This document shows positions 30,666-32,000 of a stretch of 32,000 nt of DNA, piece by piece; positions within the stretch are counted from its first letter, which is position 1; each line of letters opens with the position of its first letter. The position numbers and the translations under genes were made by a program. The notes under the pieces were generated by a model, which was given only the letters and a program-made list of their open reading frames with translations, searched no databases and was not told the DNA's origin. Origin of the DNA: Ignicoccus hospitalis KIN4/I (GTDB taxonomy: Archaea > Thermoproteota > Thermoprotei_A > Sulfolobales > Ignicoccaceae); NCBI RefSeq assembly GCF_000017945.1, contig NC_009776.1, forward strand, positions 450,001 through 482,000. Direction: 5' to 3'.

Positions 30666-31420
30666 TCTCCTTCAAGCCCGACGAGAGGGCCAGGGAGTTG
30701 GCGGAGAGGGTAGCGAGGGGGCTGGAGGGAGCGGGGGTCAAGGTGAGGTGGTTCCCGGAGGCAGACCCTTGTGCGGCAGACGGCTTGGTGGTGGTCGGAG
30801 GCGACGGCACGCTGCTCTACACCCTCTCCAAGGCCCCTTGTGAGACTCCACCAGTGATGACCGTTAGGGCCGGGAGGAGGGCCTTCTTGCTGGACGTGGA
30901 GCCAAGGGAGGTGGAGGAGGCGGTCAGAAAGTTCGTAAGGGGGGAGTACCAGCTAGAAGAACACAAGAGGCTGGAGGTCGACGGACACTTCGCGCTCAAC
31001 GAGTTCGCGGTCCTCAGCAAGTGGAGGAGGGTCACTAAGTTGAACGTCGAAGTGTCTGGATATTCTGTCTACGAGGGGCTGGAGGGAGACGGAATAATAG
31101 TTTCCACCACCTTGGGCTCCTCCGCCTACGCCCTGAGCGCGGGGGGACCCATAGTGGACCCGAGGGCGGAGGTCCTGCTGCTGGTGCCGGTCAACCCCAT
31201 CCAGCTCGACGCGAGGGCAGTAGTCCTTCCCAAGGACTCTGAAATAAAGGTGAAAATTGTTTACAACACTAAAGAAGTAGTAACGCTGTTGGACGGTATA
31301 GTCGAGTTGACGGGGGAGGAGTTCGTAATTTCGCTCACGGGGCCTAAGGTTAGGTTCGCGCGGTTTAGGAGGGAGAACTTTTATAGAAGGCTTATAGAGC
31401 TTAGGTCGTTTAAGGCCTAG
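30653..31420 (+). CDS. nadK: NAD kinase
   Basis: VVVGGDGTLLY (GGDGT) and STTLGSSAYALSAGGPIV motifs. 255 aa. GTG start overlaps the upstream gene by 13 nt. Confidence 0.9.
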   Translation: MEVVVSFKPDERARELAERVARGLEGAGVKVRWFPEADPCAADGLVVVGGDGTLLYTLSKAPCETPPVMTVRAGRRAFLLDVEPREVEEAVRKFVRGEYQLEEHKRLEVDGHFALNEFAVLSKWRRVTKLNVEVSGYSVYEGLEGDGIIVSTTLGSSAYALSAGGPIVDPRAEVLLLVPVNPIQLDARAVVLPKDSEIKVKIVYNTKEVVTLLDGIVELTGEEFVISLTGPKVRFARFRRENFYRRLIELRSFKA

Positions 31421-31430
31421 GCTAAGGGCT

Positions 31431-31778
31431 GTGGAAGCGTCTATAGTTTTGATAGCCCACGGCAGCAAGAACAAGAACTTCTATAGGATGGTAAACAACG
31501 TAGCAAGGATGCTAGAGGAGAAGGTCGGGAAGAAGGTCTACGTAGGCTACCTAATGGGAGAGCCCAGCGTGGAGGAGGCGGTCAAGGAGGCCCCGGGCGA
31601 CCTAGTAGTTGTGGTACCGTTCTTCATATCTGAGAGCAGCCACGTGGTGCGGGACGTCCGGGAGAGGGTTATGAAGGTCTCGAACGGGAAGAAGGTAGTC
31701 TTCGCCAAGCCTTTGGGGGACCACCCCTTAGTGGTGGAGGTGCTTTACTCCCGCTATTTAGAGGCCTTGGGAGAATGA
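31431..31778 (+). CDS. cbiX: small CbiX-type sirohydrochlorin chelatase
   Basis: 115 aa with VLIAHGSK and VVVPFFISESSHVVRDV, typical of half-size archaeal CbiX(S). Confidence 0.8.
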   Translation: MEASIVLIAHGSKNKNFYRMVNNVARMLEEKVGKKVYVGYLMGEPSVEEAVKEAPGDLVVVVPFFISESSHVVRDVRERVMKVSNGKKVVFAKPLGDHPLVVEVLYSRYLEALGE

Positions 31779-32000
31779 TATACTCGTTCACGGCCAAGTT
31801 CCACGCGAACGTTCAAGCCCTCCACAAGGGCACGATAGAGGTCACTTGCGAGGAGCGCTTAACTCCCAGAGGGGACTGCGTGGTGCTCACCTCCTCCACC
31901 CACGACCCCTCGGAGCTGGCCCGGTCTTGTCCGGAGGGGAGGAGGGCGGCGTTCGTGGTGCTCACCCGCTTTGGCGGCTTCTGGGTGGAGGGGACTTGCG
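31775..32000 (+). CDS. DUF371-like protein, 5' part (runs off the window)
   Basis: The ATG overlaps the cbiX stop (ATGA). MIYSFTAKFHANVQALHKGTIEVTCEERLTPRGDCVVL matches the H..T.EiT.e..LT.rGDC pattern of DUF371. Open to the window end. Confidence 0.55.
   Translation, partial: MIYSFTAKFHANVQALHKGTIEVTCEERLTPRGDCVVLTSSTHDPSELARSCPEGRRAAFVVLTRFGGFWVEGTC

Noticed and set aside
1-32000. CRISPR arrays, IS elements, transposases, integrases, toxin-antitoxin pairs and classic defence genes
   Set aside because: Reading both strands, I saw no regularly spaced direct repeats, no DDE, tyrosine or serine recombinase motifs, and no obvious restriction-modification, Cas or abortive-infection signatures. 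This is a visual inspection only. Short or degenerate repeats could be missed without a repeat finder.

Overview
Gene-dense, GC-rich archaeal chromosomal segment. It is almost certainly from a hyperthermophilic crenarchaeon: reverse gyrase is present, codon usage is AGG/GAG/AAG-heavy, GTG/TTG starts are common and gene ends overlap. A Desulfurococcales/Ignicoccus-like source is my guess only. About 32 credible protein genes and one tRNA-Lys(UUU) fill nearly all of the window. I saw no CRISPR array, rRNA, transposase or integrase.

Recognisable genes: hemA, an A-type hydantoinase/oxoprolinase whose 5' end is broken by a 1-nt frameshift, reverse gyrase, a 960-aa SF2 helicase, mtnA-type isomerase, M20 peptidase, calcineurin-like phosphoesterase, a T4 Rnl1-like RNA ligase, aroC, rtcA, a Clp-fold SDH-type protease, an S8 subtilase, NAD kinase, small CbiX and a DUF371-like fragment.

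Most worth following up:
1. A phosphoesterase + Rnl1-like ligase + small ORF operon placed divergently next to tRNA-Lys(UUU). This is a possible tRNA heal-and-seal cassette.
2. A tetrahaem cytochrome c + Tat-exported 4x[4Fe-4S] protein + NrfD-type membrane subunit operon with no catalytic subunit.
3. A C5-run/CCC-TAA frameshift in the hydantoinase gene.
4. An ORF of 56 codons, below the track cutoff, encoding a two-TM protein and translationally coupled to the subtilase.
5. Several orphan proteins: a 348-aa protein with a strong promoter, a sequon-rich secreted protein, a pilin-like protein and an orphan PqqD/RRE-like protein.
6. All five convergent gene pairs overlap. In three of them, oligo-T terminator candidates are encoded as Lys codons of the opposing gene.

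All calls come from motif reading by eye. No searches were run.
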